The notes: generated from the sequence alone by a model not told the origin. A DNA stretch of 64,000 nt from Geosiphon pyriformis uo1 (GCA_016748015.1 JAAOMT010000183.1:805574-869573); one strand, 5' to 3'. Positions 25,201 to 38,918 are shown, counted from the stretch's first letter. Made by a program: numbers and translations.

Positions 25201-28200
25201 ATGTTTTTAGATTTGTCTCATTTGTGACAACCTGTCAGCATTTCTGTTTTTTTTTCTCTTTTTATAATGTACTGTATATTTGTATAGTGCAAGTTTTATT
25301 TTCCATTGAGCATGATAATCATCTCCAAATTTCTGCTTCTGGATTGAAGTTAATCTTTTATGGTCTGTGTAAATGTCAAATTTCTGGCTCAAGTATTCTT
25401 TCCATTTTATTACTGCCCAGTAAATAGCTAAGTGTTCTAGTGCTGGTGTTCTATAGTTCTTTTCCACTGGGCTCAAACTTTGGCTAATGTATGCTACTGA
25501 ATGTTTTCTTTCATCTGGTCCCCTCTGTAATAGTACTGCTCCTAATGCTTGACCTGATGCATTAGTTGTAATTATAAATGGCTTGCTATGGTCTGGATAG
25601 ATTAGTACTGGAACTTGGATGAGCTTTCTTCTTAATGTATTAAAAGCTTCTTGCTGAGTTTTTGTCCATTCATATTTGGTGTTCTTTGTTTAAAGCTGGT
25701 GCAGTAGTTGAGCTATTTTGGAAAAGTCTTTGATAAAGTGGCAGTAGTATTTGGCAAATCTCAAAAATGCTCTTAGTTTAGTTAAGTTGTTTAGTACTGG
25801 AAAGTTTTTGACTACTTTAATCTTGTCTGGGTCCGTTTTGATACCATCTTTGCTCACAACATGTCCTAAAAACTTGAGTTCCATTTTTCCAAGGAAACAT
25901 TTAGTTGCATTTAGTTTTAATCCAGCTCTTTTTAGTCTTTTAAACACTTGTTGAAGATGATACAGATGATCATTGAATGTTTTTGAAAACACATTGGTAT
26001 TGTCCAAGTATATGACTATTGACTTCCACAATAGTCTGGTGTAAACAATTTCTATTAGCCATTGGAATGTGGCTGGTGTATTCATTAATTCAAATAGCAT
26101 GACTTCAAACTTAAAGTTTTCTTCTCTTGTGGTAAATGCTGTTTTTTCTTTGTTGGCTGGATCCATGGCTACTTGCCAGTAACCATTATCTAGATCCAGT
26201 GTTGAGAACTATTTATTTCCACCGAAAGCATCAAATAATTTCTGGATCTGTGAAATTGGATAACTGTCTCCACAAGTAATACCATTGAGTTTTTTATAAT
26301 CCACACAAAAGCGGATCTTCCCATTTTTCTTCCAGACTAGTACCACTGGTGATGACCATGGACTCATTGATAGTTGAATTAACCCATTGTTAAGCATTTG
26401 GTTGATTTTTTGACAAATGATCTCATGGCTGGCAGATGGTACTCTGTATGCTCTTTGTTTGATTGGTATTGCATTTCCAGTTTTGATCTGATGCTGGATT
26501 ATGTTGGTGCAGCCAAATTTATTTTCATTAGCAAAGATGTCATTGAAATTCCTGAGTAACATTTTTAATTGCATCTGTTGAAGTGGGTCTAGATTCCTCA
26601 TATTCATCTGTTTTAATTGTTCCAGTTGGAGTAGATAATATTTATTTTGTCTGTAAATGATTTGTGATGTGATGTCTACATATCCACAAAGCTGTGGAAA
26701 ATTTGGAATGTAGTTTGGTGGTTGATCCTCAACTTCAGTGGTTAAATATCCAATGATAGTTCCTTTTGGTATCTTGATGACACTTCCAATTGTGTTGTAG
26801 ATGAGAATTTTGATGTTTTTAAGGCTTTTGGCTGGTATGTAAAAATTAGTGAGTTCAAGTTCTCCTGATTCACAAATGATGGCTTCTGCTTTGAACAACT
26901 GAGCTTGATCTTTTACTTTCTTTTTTATAGCTAATATATACTGGTCATATGGTGGAATGGAAATTGATTGATAGATTGAGATAATTTTTCCTTTGTCAAT
27001 AATTTTTTCCTCTGTCATATTAATTGGTACATCTATTCTACCCATTGAACTAAATCTCTGTATCCTTCTAGCTGTAATCCCTAATTCTTTTTTGTTTCCT
27101 ACTAACACTAGCTGAGCTATTTTAACCAAAGGCAGAAATATTGTCTGTGCTATTTTTTTATTTGGCTCTATTGTATAGGCTTTTTCTGAATCATTTTGTA
27201 ACATTTTAATAATATTTCCTATGTATTCTGTGTTAATTATTTCTCTTCTGATATTTATTCTTCTTTTTGCTAGGCTATTCTTAGATGTTAGTTGAACCAT
27301 GGTGGTTGCTGAAATTTCCAGTGCTATTTTAAGATCAATGTATGTGCATAAATATGATTCCAATTTTATGACTTCTTTTTCTGGATATCTTAAATCAAAC
27401 CCTGCATTAGTATTATGCACGCATTCTGGCATAATACCTTTATCATTATTGCTAAACCATCTTAGTTCTTGCTCTTTGTTGAGGTCAAGGAGTGCAATAT
27501 ATTGTTCAAAGTTTGAATCTGAGTTTGAATCTGAGTTGAAACCATTGTTGTTGTGGTCATATTAGACTGAGCTGAAACTGTTGTTTTCATCATTGTCATT
27601 GTCAGAGTTTGAATTGGAATTGAAAGTTGATTCCAATTTTAATGCACAGTAGCTGATTGGTTTTTCTTCTTCTAGAATTGTATATATCATACATGGTGGC
27701 AGATTGTAAATAAGATCACACTTATTACAATATTGAAAGTTACATGGAATTAGACAGTGTTGACACAGTCAGGTGTTTAACTGCTTTAAGCATTGCTCTT
27801 GTTTTTCTCTTGTGGGTGCTAATTCTTGGTAGTGTTCATAAAATTGCTCTGGATTTAGGAGATTTATGACTGGTTCTGGGTCCTAGTCAAGTTCTATAGG
27901 TTCTGATAGGTTATTTTTGATTTTTCTAATTTCTTCAGGTAACACTTCTTCTATTTTGGCTATTGTCATTCTTCATATCTCATCATTGTCATATAGACAA
28001 CTGTCCAATTGCTGAATGGTTCTTCTTCAAGTGACTTCTATTGGTGTTCCTTTCCTAATCCAGTCATTGATAAAAATTATATACTGGCATGAAATGTCAC
28101 ACATTCCTTCTTAACTAGGGATGTTATTCCATATTTCTTTGCCAAGTAATGTTTCTTTACAAGCTAGGCAAGATTTGTTGTCCCATTTTTTTTGCCATTT

Positions 28201-31200
28201 TGGTCATCTAAAGCATTCTATGATGCATATACAACAGTAGAATTTGGTTACTATTGAGTATTCCTCATTATTACCACAACATGCATCCATTGATGACAAT
28301 TTTTTGTTACAATTAACACATTTTAGCTTTAGTTGATGATAGTAGAACTGTGGTGGTATGGTATAGGTGTATGGTCTATTAGTGATATTGATTGAGACTG
28401 TTTCTTCTTCTTTTGTCTTTTCTTTTTTTTTGTTATTCTCTTTCTATTCTCAAGTTTGTGGTAACTTTTGGTAGTCATTGTTAGCCCATGAGATTTAGTC
28501 AGTACTCTAGATAAGTTCTTTCTTTTGTTTTTCTTTCCCATTATCATCCAATAATAGTATCAGTGACAGCTTTTTGTGGTTTTCCTTAGCTTACAAAACT
28601 TGATATGTTTCTCAAGTTGGTTTTGGCTTTTTTTTCTTAACATTAATTAAAGATGCTGGTATGACATTGCTGAGTTTGAAGTGACTACAGATTGCTGGTA
28701 CTTATGTGTATTGGCCATTCTAATTTATTTGCAACTCTTGGGTGGTTCAGTCAAGTGTCACATTGGTTTTAAATAGCCAATCATTACCAACTAGAGCTTG
28801 GTATTGAGTGGCTTTTATTACCAGAACTTTAATTGGTATTATAATGGTGTTGATTTCTATAAAAAGGTTATCTATTTTACTAATTGGAGTTTTGGTGGCT
28901 TTATCAGCTGTAATTATCTTTGCACTGGCAGCTCAGTCAACTTGGTAACTTAATTGGTCTATAAGCTGTCTTGTAATAATGCTGCTAACTGATCCACTGT
29001 CTAAGATCAGTTTGATAAAATGGCCATCAATTTTAGCATTAGTATACATGGCAGTAATTGGTTTTTTTTCAAGTGCGGCTCCATTGAACAATGGTGTAGA
29101 TAACAGTTCTTCAAATTTGAATGGAAAGATAGCTGCAAGTAATTCATTATTGGTGATGATGGCTGGTGAGATATTGCTGGTAAGAGATTTCTGGTTTGTT
29201 TTTAAGTTGTTAGATAAGGCATCTTCTGAGATAACTAGGAGACTTAAATAGTTCTGGGAACTCAGATTTTGGTTATACCCAGTTCCTGAACTTTGCTGAC
29301 ATGATTCCAAAGATTGGTTGGATAAACTGAGGATCAGTTGGTAAACTACTATTGCTGATCTCCAGCTTTGTTGTGTTATTCTTGGCCTGTGGGTTCCATT
29401 TTGAAGTAAGTTTTGAGGCAGTGTTTAAATTTGTTAGGATTGATAGATTACTGATGGCTGTGATTGATATATTACTTGTGGCTGCAGCTAATAAATTGAA
29501 GCTTGATATACTGGTGGTTGATAGATTGGCTGCTGTGTCATTGGCAGGTAAGTGGATTGATATTGATTTTGATTTGGGTGATGGTTCAAAGTCTGAAATC
29601 TGCGATTAGAATTTCTGTATTGATTTTCCAATTGTGAGTTGCTATAAGAATGGCAGTTGACTTGGATATAGTCTTGTTTACCACAGTTGTGGCAGACATA
29701 TGTCTTAGGCTGTCACAGCTAATTTGATAATAATAGTGGTCACAACTAATTTTGGAAACGAGTTGTATTTCCTAAATTATTGCATCATTGTGATGGCTAA
29801 TAAATTGCACGATTGTTAGCTAAGTATCTTTCTAATTTCTGATTGATTGAATCACTGAATTGTTTCAATTTGGAATCCAATTCAGATAATCTATTCATTA
29901 CTAGATTAATGGCTTGGGCATAGTTAGCTTCAAGTTTAGCAGCTTCAAAGTCTCTGGCATTGTTGACTGTAGCTTAAAAGTCTACTGAATATAATGGATG
30001 TATGTGTTGAAGGATGCTATTGTGCAATCCTCTAATAAATTGATTCAAAATTTGTGATGCTATAAAATAATCAGCTTGAATTGTTTGAATTTGGCACAGG
30101 TTTCTGTACAAGCATCTTAGGTATGTAATAATGGCTTCAGCTTTTCCTTGTTTGATAGTGATAAAGGTATTGGCTAATTAGTTGATGCTATTGTTGTTGC
30201 TAAAGTATCTTAAAAACTCTGTTTTGAACACATTAAAGATAACAGGCTTGTTGATCAAGCTTTGATACCATGAGTCAGTAGTATCTTGGAGAAAGTATGA
30301 GATGGCTTGTATGGCTCTGTCATTATTTCATCCATTGGCTGCAATGGCTTTTTCCACATTGTTTAGCCACACTTGGGTGTCATTTTTTTCGCCAGTAAAT
30401 TTTTCAAGTTTTGCAATTGGTGTATATGCCATTAGATCTAAGTTGGGTTGTTGTGGTGCTTGAAGTGGCTGTTATAACAATTGCTGCAGTGGTATTTGTT
30501 GCTGTTGAATTGGTTCAACTGGTGGCTAATTAATGACAATTACTGGAGATAAGTTTTGCTGATTAATTAACTCAGGGTTTGGATTGTCTTGATTTGGCAG
30601 TGCTTGGATATTCGGAGTTCTGATTCTGGATTTTTCAAGTTTAGATTTTGCTGAGTTTGAAGGTTTGGGGTTTCAACTTCCAGGTTTTTGGGGATCAGGT
30701 TCTGGTAAGTAAATTCTTGATTTTTAGATTCTTCCTCCTCTTCTTTCTGTTCTCTTTCTGATTTTGTTATTTCCTAAGAACTCACAGTTCCAAAATCTGG
30801 TTGGAATAGTGAAGATTGAAATCTTAATGGCATTGGCAATTGTGACTTAAATTTTTCAAAATACATGCTGTATGGTTCTAGAAGATCTTTTTTCCTTTGT
30901 TTACTTTGAAATAGAAATCATCCAAATGTTGATGTTGTGGTTAATGTAGATGCATTTGTTGATGTGATGTTGATGGCACTTTCTAATGTATAGTGATATA
31001 ATGGATTTGTTGGTAATTCTATTCTTGTTTTCTTTCAAGTTGGTAATTGTATTCCTTTAAGTATTACTGCTGGTGTTTGTAACCTTTCTTTGTTTTTGTC
31101 TGTAGAGGTAATAGAAAATTGTTGTTGAGTGTATCTTTCAATAGTTTAGTTGATTTTCTTGATGATTGGTGCAAAGCTATGATTTCTTGATAAGCTGGTG

Positions 31201-32306
31201 TGTTGAAATAATTCTGTATAAAAGTTTTCTCTTACTGATTTGATGTTAACTGTTCTTCTTAAGCATTTTGTGGTTTTATTGTTGACATAAAAGTTGAAGA
31301 CTGATTTTATTGGGAAATGGTTATTGTTTAATTCTAATTGTTGACTGTACTGTTGAAACAAAAATTTGGCAAATCCTAAATGGTTTGCTTCTATGTTTTC
31401 TGGTTCTGCCACTTTTGGATAATTGCTGTTGGTACTAATTTTTTATAAGATTATATCTTACAGGGAGCACTAAATGTTACAAGTGATTATTTGGAGTCTT
31501 AAATCAAATAACAAATTCATAACTTGGTACTTAATAGCAATATTGATGGTGGTGGTAATCTGAAGGTTTTGGTTAAGTTTTTTGTATAAGGGACAGAGAT
31601 TCAATAGCTGTTTTTAGTAGCCTCTCGGAATCACAATTTCATCAATTCTTTTCTCAGCTTGGTGGCTGGCAATCCTCTGGTAAGTAATCTATAATTCTTT
31701 ACATGTTCTACCCACTGGCAGGGGTTTTTTACCAGGCAATTCTTGATGTCAATAATTCAGTACTTAATCTTTAATTAAGTTAGTAACAACAAAAGAAATA
31801 ACAAAATAGAAAATAAAAGAAACAAAGAAAATAAAGAATAAGTTAAGACAATTTTTTTTGCAAGTTAGTATCCCATCAATAGTCATAATCAAAAGCTATT
31901 GTTTCAGTGTGGTTAAGTATGAATTACTATCAACATAAAGTATTGATAGTGGAAATAGTGAATAATTATTTATTGATATTTGTAATATAGAAGATTGCTT
32001 AGATCAAATCTAAACTAAGAGGTCTGTTTTTTCTACTTCTAATACTATCACTATATATATATAATTGAAATTTCTCAATTCTTTGATTTTTTATACCAGG
32101 AATCCTGGAATTCTTAGAATCCTGCAATTTTTTTTGAGAAGAATTCTAGAATTCTAGAATTCTGCAATTCTTTGTATGAAAATCCTGAAATTTTTGTAAT
32201 TCTGCAATTTCTCTTGAAAAAAATCCTGAAATTCCACATTTACTACAGCTACTTCTGATTGGCTAATTATATATGCTAATATACTTTCTATATTTTATGA
32301 GTAACA
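22260..32306 (-). mobile_element. Ty3/gypsy LTR retrotransposon C
   Basis: LTRs 22260-23085 and 31475-32306. TSD ATGC at 22256-22259 and 32307-32310. PBS 31455-31472. Gag from 31412, PR (LILDSGS, ORF 28933-29310), dUTPase-RT (26209-27432), RT/RH to 25207, IN ~23787-25176, ORF3 from 23739. Confidence 0.96.
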
Positions 32307-32970
32307 ATGCTCATTGTTAAGTAATATGCCATAATTCATTGACAATATGTCTATTGTTAAGCAATATGTTATAATTTTCTAATATTGTGCTTACTTGCTA
32401 AGTCTTATTTTCTTATTGGTCTATTTTTTAATCTGTTTATCTTACTTTTTTTTTGTATTTTTTTATAAGTAACACTAATTATATGTAAAAAATATGTGAA
32501 CCATATTTAACTTTAGAGTTCTTAATTTGTTCCTAATTTCTAGATAGTGGTTAGATCATGTTTATTAAATCTTAATAAAAAAATATATTTTATATTATTA
32601 TATTTAAGTTTTAAATATTTTAATATAATACAGATTTATTAAATATTTAATTATATATTAAAAATATATAATTTATGTTTATTTTAAATATTTATTATAA
32701 AAAATAATAATAAAACTACATTTATTTAAAAACAAATAATATGTTATATAATAATTAAACAATAAATTCTAAAAATTTTGTTAATTTTTATTTACTTAAT
32801 TAATTCAAAGATATTTTTTGTAAATATGTAAATTCAGTTTTTGGATGTATAAGCTTCATTTTGGATGACAAAAATAAATAAATAAATACTGACATGTTTA
32901 GGTTGATCGTGAGAATATAATACAATTAAAAACAGTAAGATCCTTGAAGATCTCTAAAACTCTCTTTTCC

Positions 32971-34831
32971 ATGGAACAAACAACTGTAGGCGTATGGCTC
33001 CGAGAAAGCCTTGCAACTGCCAAGGTACTCTATTCGTGGGTGGCGGATTCTTTCTTTAGCAGACTTTGGTTTTCCGGCAATGAATTTCACATAATTTTTT
33101 CAGTATAAGCACTTGGAACGTGTCTATCGGGACGTTGAGTCCACGCTCTTGCTTTACAAGACTCTTGTTCCAAAGTTTGAAGCATATAGTAAGCTTTCTT
33201 TTGTGACATCAATTTTATATCTTAATTCATTCGTCTAATTCTTTTAATTACAATACTTTTGTCTGCCTTTCCGATCTTTAAATTTCACTGTTTTTAGCTT
33301 ATGATACAGGTCAATGCCAACTCCTCGTATGTTTGCACGGTACCATCCCAATCACTTATCGATCAAACCCATACTACATCCCGGTTGCCTTTTGGATTCC
33401 AACAGACTATCCTCATGTTGCCCCAATTGCTTTCGTTGTTCCCACGTCAGAAATGTTAGTAAGACCAGGACAACATGTCGATACCTCTGGCAAATGTTAT
33501 CATCCATGTTTACATCTTTGGAATCCCCGAAATGAGGTGAACAAATTTAAAAGCTCTTGTTTTGCAACGTATGGTGAAATATAAAAGATTTTATTAAAAG
33601 GTTCTAAGTAACTTCTCAATATAGGAATCCAATATTCTTCGACTTTGCACAATTCTTCAGAAAATATTTAGTCAAAACCCACCCGTATATACGAAGCCTA
33701 ATCCCCCTCAAAATCCCAATCCACCTCCACCACCTCCTCCGGAGAGACCTATTCCTTTAAATCAAAACCCAGTTTTATCACCCGCTATTAATACGTTTCC
33801 ACCCCGATCTCCAACTCCTCCTCCTTTGCCTCCTCCACCGCCATATCAACCTTCTATTAATCAAAATGTGGATGTGAATCGAGCGAGAAACTATGGTGGA
33901 ACAGCGACGACTGCTCTAACACCTAATCAACGTTATTCTGGGCCGGTAATATAATAAAAGAATTTCACTTTTCAGATTTCTCTTACTGAAATTTCGCTTT
34001 AATATGAATAATTTTGAAGACACTGCCTATTCAATTATCATCGCCTCCAACATCAGTTTCGACAAATACCTCATCCTCTCCACCGTCTAATCAATTGACA
34101 AGCATACTAGATGCGCCTTCCCCACCGATTGATCTCGCTTCTACGCATTTAGTTCAAAATCGAGATCCAGAGATAGTAAAGCTGCAGATTGAGGTTTATG
34201 AAAAGATAGAACGCCATTGGAGTGATTTTCATGGAAAGGCGCTACAAGAAATCAATAAAATGATGACTCTGTCTGAACAGCTTAATAATAGTGAAACTCA
34301 AGTCGAGGAGGAAAAGCGACAATTAGTTGAATTACAGAAAAGGTTAAAAGAAAAGACTGATTTTTTAAAATCAAAAAGTGGGGAAGTTGATCGTTTAGTG
34401 GAACAAGCGACAAATATGCCTGAAGTATCCGTGGATGATATATTTTGTGGAACTACTATAGTCTATAATCAGTAAGTTTGTAATTGAATTTTTTTCTTTA
34501 ACAGACTCTTAATATCATGAATTTATTTTTCTAGATTATTTGAATTGGTGGCCGAAGATAATGCAATAGAGGACACTATATATTATTTGGGGAAAGCACT
34601 AAACAATGAAAGAATAGATTTACAGACTTTTATGAAGGTAATAAGAAAATGCTAATAACCTAATCACTCTCGGCGAATACTTCTAGCATTTTCATAGTAT
34701 TTTGCACTTACCCATACATTTTTGTTTTTATTATCTCCATTCTTAAGAGCATCCGTACTCTTGCTCGTGAACAGTTCATGCGTCGTGCCCTAATCGACAA
34801 AATTCGTCGACAAGCAGGGTTAGTCCATTGA
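32971..34831 (+). CDS. VPS23: ESCRT-I subunit Vps23/Stp22 (TSG101 homolog), about 7 exons
   Basis: UEV domain (LHGTIPITYRSNPYYIPVAFWIPTDYPHVAPIAFVVPT...GKCYHP), Pro-rich linker, coiled coil and steadiness box (VYNQLFELVAEDNAIEDTIYYLGKAL...RTLAREQFMRRAL). GT-AG introns. Confidence 0.93.
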
Positions 34832-35164
34832 TCTGCGTTGCAAGTTGTATAATTCCTCCCAACATCAATTACCCTTTGAGCTTGAAGCATTGGTCAACTT
34901 TAGAGTAAAAAGTTTTGTTAATTGATAATGGTTCGTTTTCTGTATTTTTAGTCAATTTTGTAATTATTAATAATAATTATTAAAACTTCTGCTTTTGGAA
35001 CTTTTAACGGAGGTGATTTTGAACGTTAACAATGAAAACTAAAGACGTTTATTCAAACCCTAGCTTGAAAACTCCTGATTTCATTACATCAAAAATGGCT
35101 ATTTTCAAGTGTATTGGCACTAATAAAATTATTTCCATCTTATTGAAATTTTCCAGCCAAGATT

Positions 35165-36130
35165 TTATTGATCCTCATCCTCATCCTCATTCTCCTCTTT
35201 ATCTTGATCTTCACTCATGATTGGTAATGGAGGCTGTCCTGGCAACCTTTTAAACGCATATTTAATCACTGAAAAACCGCTCATGCCAATATCTTCCCAC
35301 CATCTTACCACTTGATAAAGACCATCGTATCGATATCCTGATCTAGGCGCATAGTCTGAATGTACCTGATATCCTCTCACAACCCTTATTGGTCTACCTG
35401 TATCGCAAGAGACTTTTAATCCCAGATTTAATCCAGTCAAAGTTTGATTTTTACTCTGTGGTGCAGTGCGTAGATTTTTTGGTTTTGTCTTTGTCCCTTT
35501 TAAATCGCGACCACCACAACCAGTGTAGGTAAAAGCCTCTCCCCAATCGATGTCGTCTTCATAACCTCCAGAAAGGGCAATACTCCAAGCCCCTTCTTTT
35601 TCGTTTCCGCTGATACCGGCAACAGTTGGGGCATGAATACCATCACGGCTGCAATCGATTCTCATCATCCATGTAGTTCCAATTTCTATCCCCGGTATGT
35701 GTCCAAATACCTTCGGATTTCTTTTGCCAATTCTAGTACTTTTGTAAGCCGGTTGGTGATATTCATCATCTGAAATCACATCTTTAATTGTCTTTGGAGG
35801 CTATCAAATCAAATTCATGTTGTATAATAAGTATTATTTATTCATTAAAAAGCAACAAATACTATAATTTGGTTATATACTTGCCTTTTTGGCTAGTCTA
35901 TTTGATCTTCTGTTTGCGCCTGCTTGGGCGGCTTCGGCGGATTGCTTTTGGGCTTTCCTAGATGTTGATTGGGAAATTTTAAGATATCTTTTTTTGATTG
36001 GCTGCTTCTTAGCTTGACGTTCTGGGACGGATGACTGATATGGTGCTTCTAGGCCCAGTTTCTTTAGAATTTGTTGATTAGCTTCAATATTGAGCAACCG
36101 TTGCTTCTCGTAAGCACTCAGTGATGCCAT
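35165..36130 (-). CDS. Stand-alone SRA/YDG (5-methylcytosine-binding) domain protein, 2 exons
   Basis: FGHIPGIEIG, GIHAPTVAGISG, SIALSGGYEDDID, YTGCGGRDL and YRYDGLY are UHRF1-type SRA motifs. N-terminal LSAYEKQRLLNIEAN motif. Intron 35801-35884. Confidence 0.93.
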
Positions 36131-36360
36131 GAAATTAAATATTTTTCGGTGAATTGGAAAGGTTTAGACGCGTCGAAAAATATAAGCGCGTGTTTTCATA
36201 GTTTTGTTACAAAACAAAGCCAATGGGAGACAATGAGTTCAGATCTCACGTGATATTTGCGTCACAATGCTTTGCGTGAAATAGGTTTACAATGACTCAT
36301 ACAAAGGAGAATCAGCGTTAAACAGATAATATAAAACTCCGTGCTTTTTTGACTACACAC
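36131..36360. promoter_or_regulatory. Compact divergent promoter with MCB-like and E-box motifs
   Basis: 230 bp between head-to-head ATGs. ACGCGT at 36168-36173, GCGCGT at ~36186, CACGTG at 36247-36252. Confidence 0.5.
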
Positions 36361-37177
36361 ATGGAAGTAGAAGGCCTAAAGCGTAGACAAAATACCAGTA
36401 CATATATTTTAGGAACCGAAGAGCCTGTCTTGATTCTTGACGAACAAGGTTTTTGGTTTAACTTTTTTACTTATTGACTTTCTGAAATAAACGCTTCAAG
36501 CCTTTAAATCAACAGAACAAGAACAAGTATTAGAAACGCTTCGCGCAGAAAATGAGCGAGCGAATACTTTCTTCAAGGTACTTAACCGCCTTTTATTGGG
36601 GGTTTTTCCTTTGCTTATAAATATTTGAATTGATTGTTTAGTTGGCTTTAATCAATATTATTTATGCTATTAAACTGCGCTTTAAAATTTATAGCATATA
36701 TTAGCATTTTTTTCAGGGATGTGTTCGGTCCTGTGAGTTCTTGTCTCCATTTTTCTTCAATTTTGAATCGGTGTTGATTGAACTCTTTATAAAATTTTCA
36801 CATCCAGGTATTTTGTATTCCTTTACGAACTCACAAGTTCCGGGCGCTTTTCTTTAATACCTTTCCCCACATCACTGCCACATTATTCTGCTACACCCTT
36901 TCCCATATTGTCAACATTATTGTGCATTTTCGCATTGCTGTACTCGATCTGGATTCTACAATCCCAGCAAACTACACGCTTTCAGGTGGGTTTTGGAATA
37001 GCAATCGCTGTTTTACCTTTTTTGTTGGCTATTAATGTCGACCCATTGGAAAAGTTATGGTGGGCAATACCTATGTGTATTCTTGTTGTCGAATCCGTAG
37101 CATTGTATTGGATTAGGAATTTCGAAGAGGTCTTTGTAAGTTTAGAAAACCTCAAATATAAGTTAAAGGGGGCTTGA
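36361..37177 (+). CDS. Small multi-pass membrane protein of unknown function, about 4 exons
   Basis: MEVEGLKRR...LDEQ|EQEQVLETLRAENER...|...| hydrophobic helices ...LENLKYKLKGA*. Canonical introns. Confidence 0.75.
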
Positions 37178-37425
37178 TCAGATTCATGAAAAGTCCGGGA
37201 AATATCTGGTTTGGTTTTGAATAGATGAAACCTGATTTTTCTTATTTGCTATTAATTCTTTCAAGAATATTTAAATTGTAGATTATCTATTGTACATAAA
37301 ATCGAAAGGCTTACTCAACGTTTACCAGTCATTGCATGATTTTCTTTCGTGAGAATATAGAGAAGGACCCTTGAATACATGAAATCTATCCATTTAAATT
37401 TTCGAGTTTCTGATTACAAACCATT

Positions 37426-38717
37426 CTATATTGTGGCTTTGTCTTTAGTCCCCCAATAATCAGGTCCGTAATTCACGAAAATTTGTTCGTGAGCCTTGAA
37501 TTTTAATCAGCGGAAAATATTATTATTTTAAAATTCACAAATAAATAAGAAAAATCTGCATAACGTCCTATACTCTCACCTTAATGTTATCCCGGGCGAT
37601 GTAAATAATTAACCAGCGATTGTTGTAGATTATATAAATACTTTCACCGTTGTGATTGTCTGAGATTCGAGAAATAGAAAGAAAATAATGAGCAAACAAA
37701 ATGCGAAATCCAACTTTTCAACTTTCAAAGTTACCATCACGATGGTTGGCAAATCGCAAATAATTCCCTTTGTGCTTCCCATCGATAGTAACTCGAGTAA
37801 CTTCCCCATCTGTGTTTGTGACATTAACAAGATAATTGTATTCCCAGGCTAAAAACGCAGTGGAAAATGATTTTTATAAATGTGAATTAGACCTTTGCTA
37901 AAAAAAACTGTGTCCTTAAATACCAACCATAATCTAGGTCAACCCGTACCAGGGAATACACTCCTATTTAATAAACGTGTGAAAATGGCATGTGTTCAAA
38001 TAATAATTCAAATATTTTTATATATTATTGATCAAATACCGCAGTATATACCGAGGAGCTCTCCTTCCTTTATATCGCGGCTGGCAAACATTCCATAACG
38101 CACTACATCATTTACCCAACGAGCGTATACGCGCTCATCATCCACGTATGTTCCATTCTTTATTTCCTCTTCTATTTTCGAAATCTGAGGTTTATATTTC
38201 TCTGTGTCTTTGTATATACCATACAGAACATTTTGATCGATTTTGGTGCCTTCGTTATGAAGCAGTGTTTCCAGGTCGTGATTTTCGAGTAATTTTTCCA
38301 CCTCTGGGACAACTTCCTGATAAAAGGATTGAAAAAATTGTATCAGGATCATCCCACGATTGCGATCGAATAAAATGATCAGCGTACCGGAAAATGTATT
38401 GGATCAACATTAAATTCTTTCTTGAAATCCTTCATGAAAATATGTTTTAGCACGAATGCTCCATTGTCGAGATACGTTAATGAGTGATTTGATTTATCGA
38501 CTAATTCAATCCATTGGATCCCATTAATATCATAGTCTCCTTGAACGATGCTGCATAATTTTTCTCTGCTATAATTTTCCCAAGCAAATAAACCCGAGAC
38601 AAAGAGGACGAAAAGTGAGAGAATAGTAATAGGTTGGAATGTCAACGTAATTGTATAATTTTGAAATATGCAATTTTGGATATATGAACCCTCGGGTATA
38701 TATTTTTTTTTGGACAT
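37426..38717 (-). CDS. SET-domain protein (putative lysine methyltransferase) with N-terminal hydrophobic segment, multi-exon
   Basis: YGMFASRDIKEGELLGIYCG, GNYLRFANH and EQIFVNYGPDYW are SET motifs. An intron at ~38318-38387 reconciles the two ORF frames. The start codon is uncertain. Confidence 0.85.
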
Positions 38718-38754
38718 TTTGACAACTTAGTAGGCATTTTTCATGCCAATGTGA

Positions 38755-38918
38755 CTAAATACTGTCCGATCCTCAATAGCCTTAGCTACACGCACTGAAT
38801 TGTTGCCAATTAAAAAAGACCACTTAGAAGCCACCACAGCCTTCTGCCACAGCCCAATTAATTGCAATCGGATCGACACCACTTTGCCAAACTCAGATAA
38901 GGCTGAGACGATTATCAT
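38755..38918 (-). mobile_element. Short, unmutated LINE ORF1 fragment
   Basis: IIVSALSEFGKVVSIRLQLIGLWQKAVV-ASKWSFLIGNNSVRVAK resembles the decayed ORF1 segment at ~59.8-60.0 kb, with an internal deletion. Confidence 0.55.

Larger units (their letters stand above)
3118..32474 (-). mobile_element. Ty3/gypsy LTR retrotransposon A (oldest, most decayed; 5' LTR split by B and C)
   Basis: 3' LTR 3118-4035. The 5' LTR reassembles from 12039-12570 + 22036-22259 + 32311-32474 (~920 bp vs 918 bp). TSD ctga/ctaa at 3114-3117 and 32475-32478. PBS 12020-12036, PPT from 4036. Decayed gag, PR, dUTPase (~7810-8210), RT (ORF 6484-6723), RH, IN and ORF3. Confidence 0.9.

Noticed and set aside
32971-34831. 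Functional link between VPS23/TSG101 and the neighbouring retroelements (budding)
   Set aside because: No PTAP/PSAP late domain seen in the Gags. The PPAY in B lies in low-complexity Q/P/Y sequence, and adjacency alone is uninformative.
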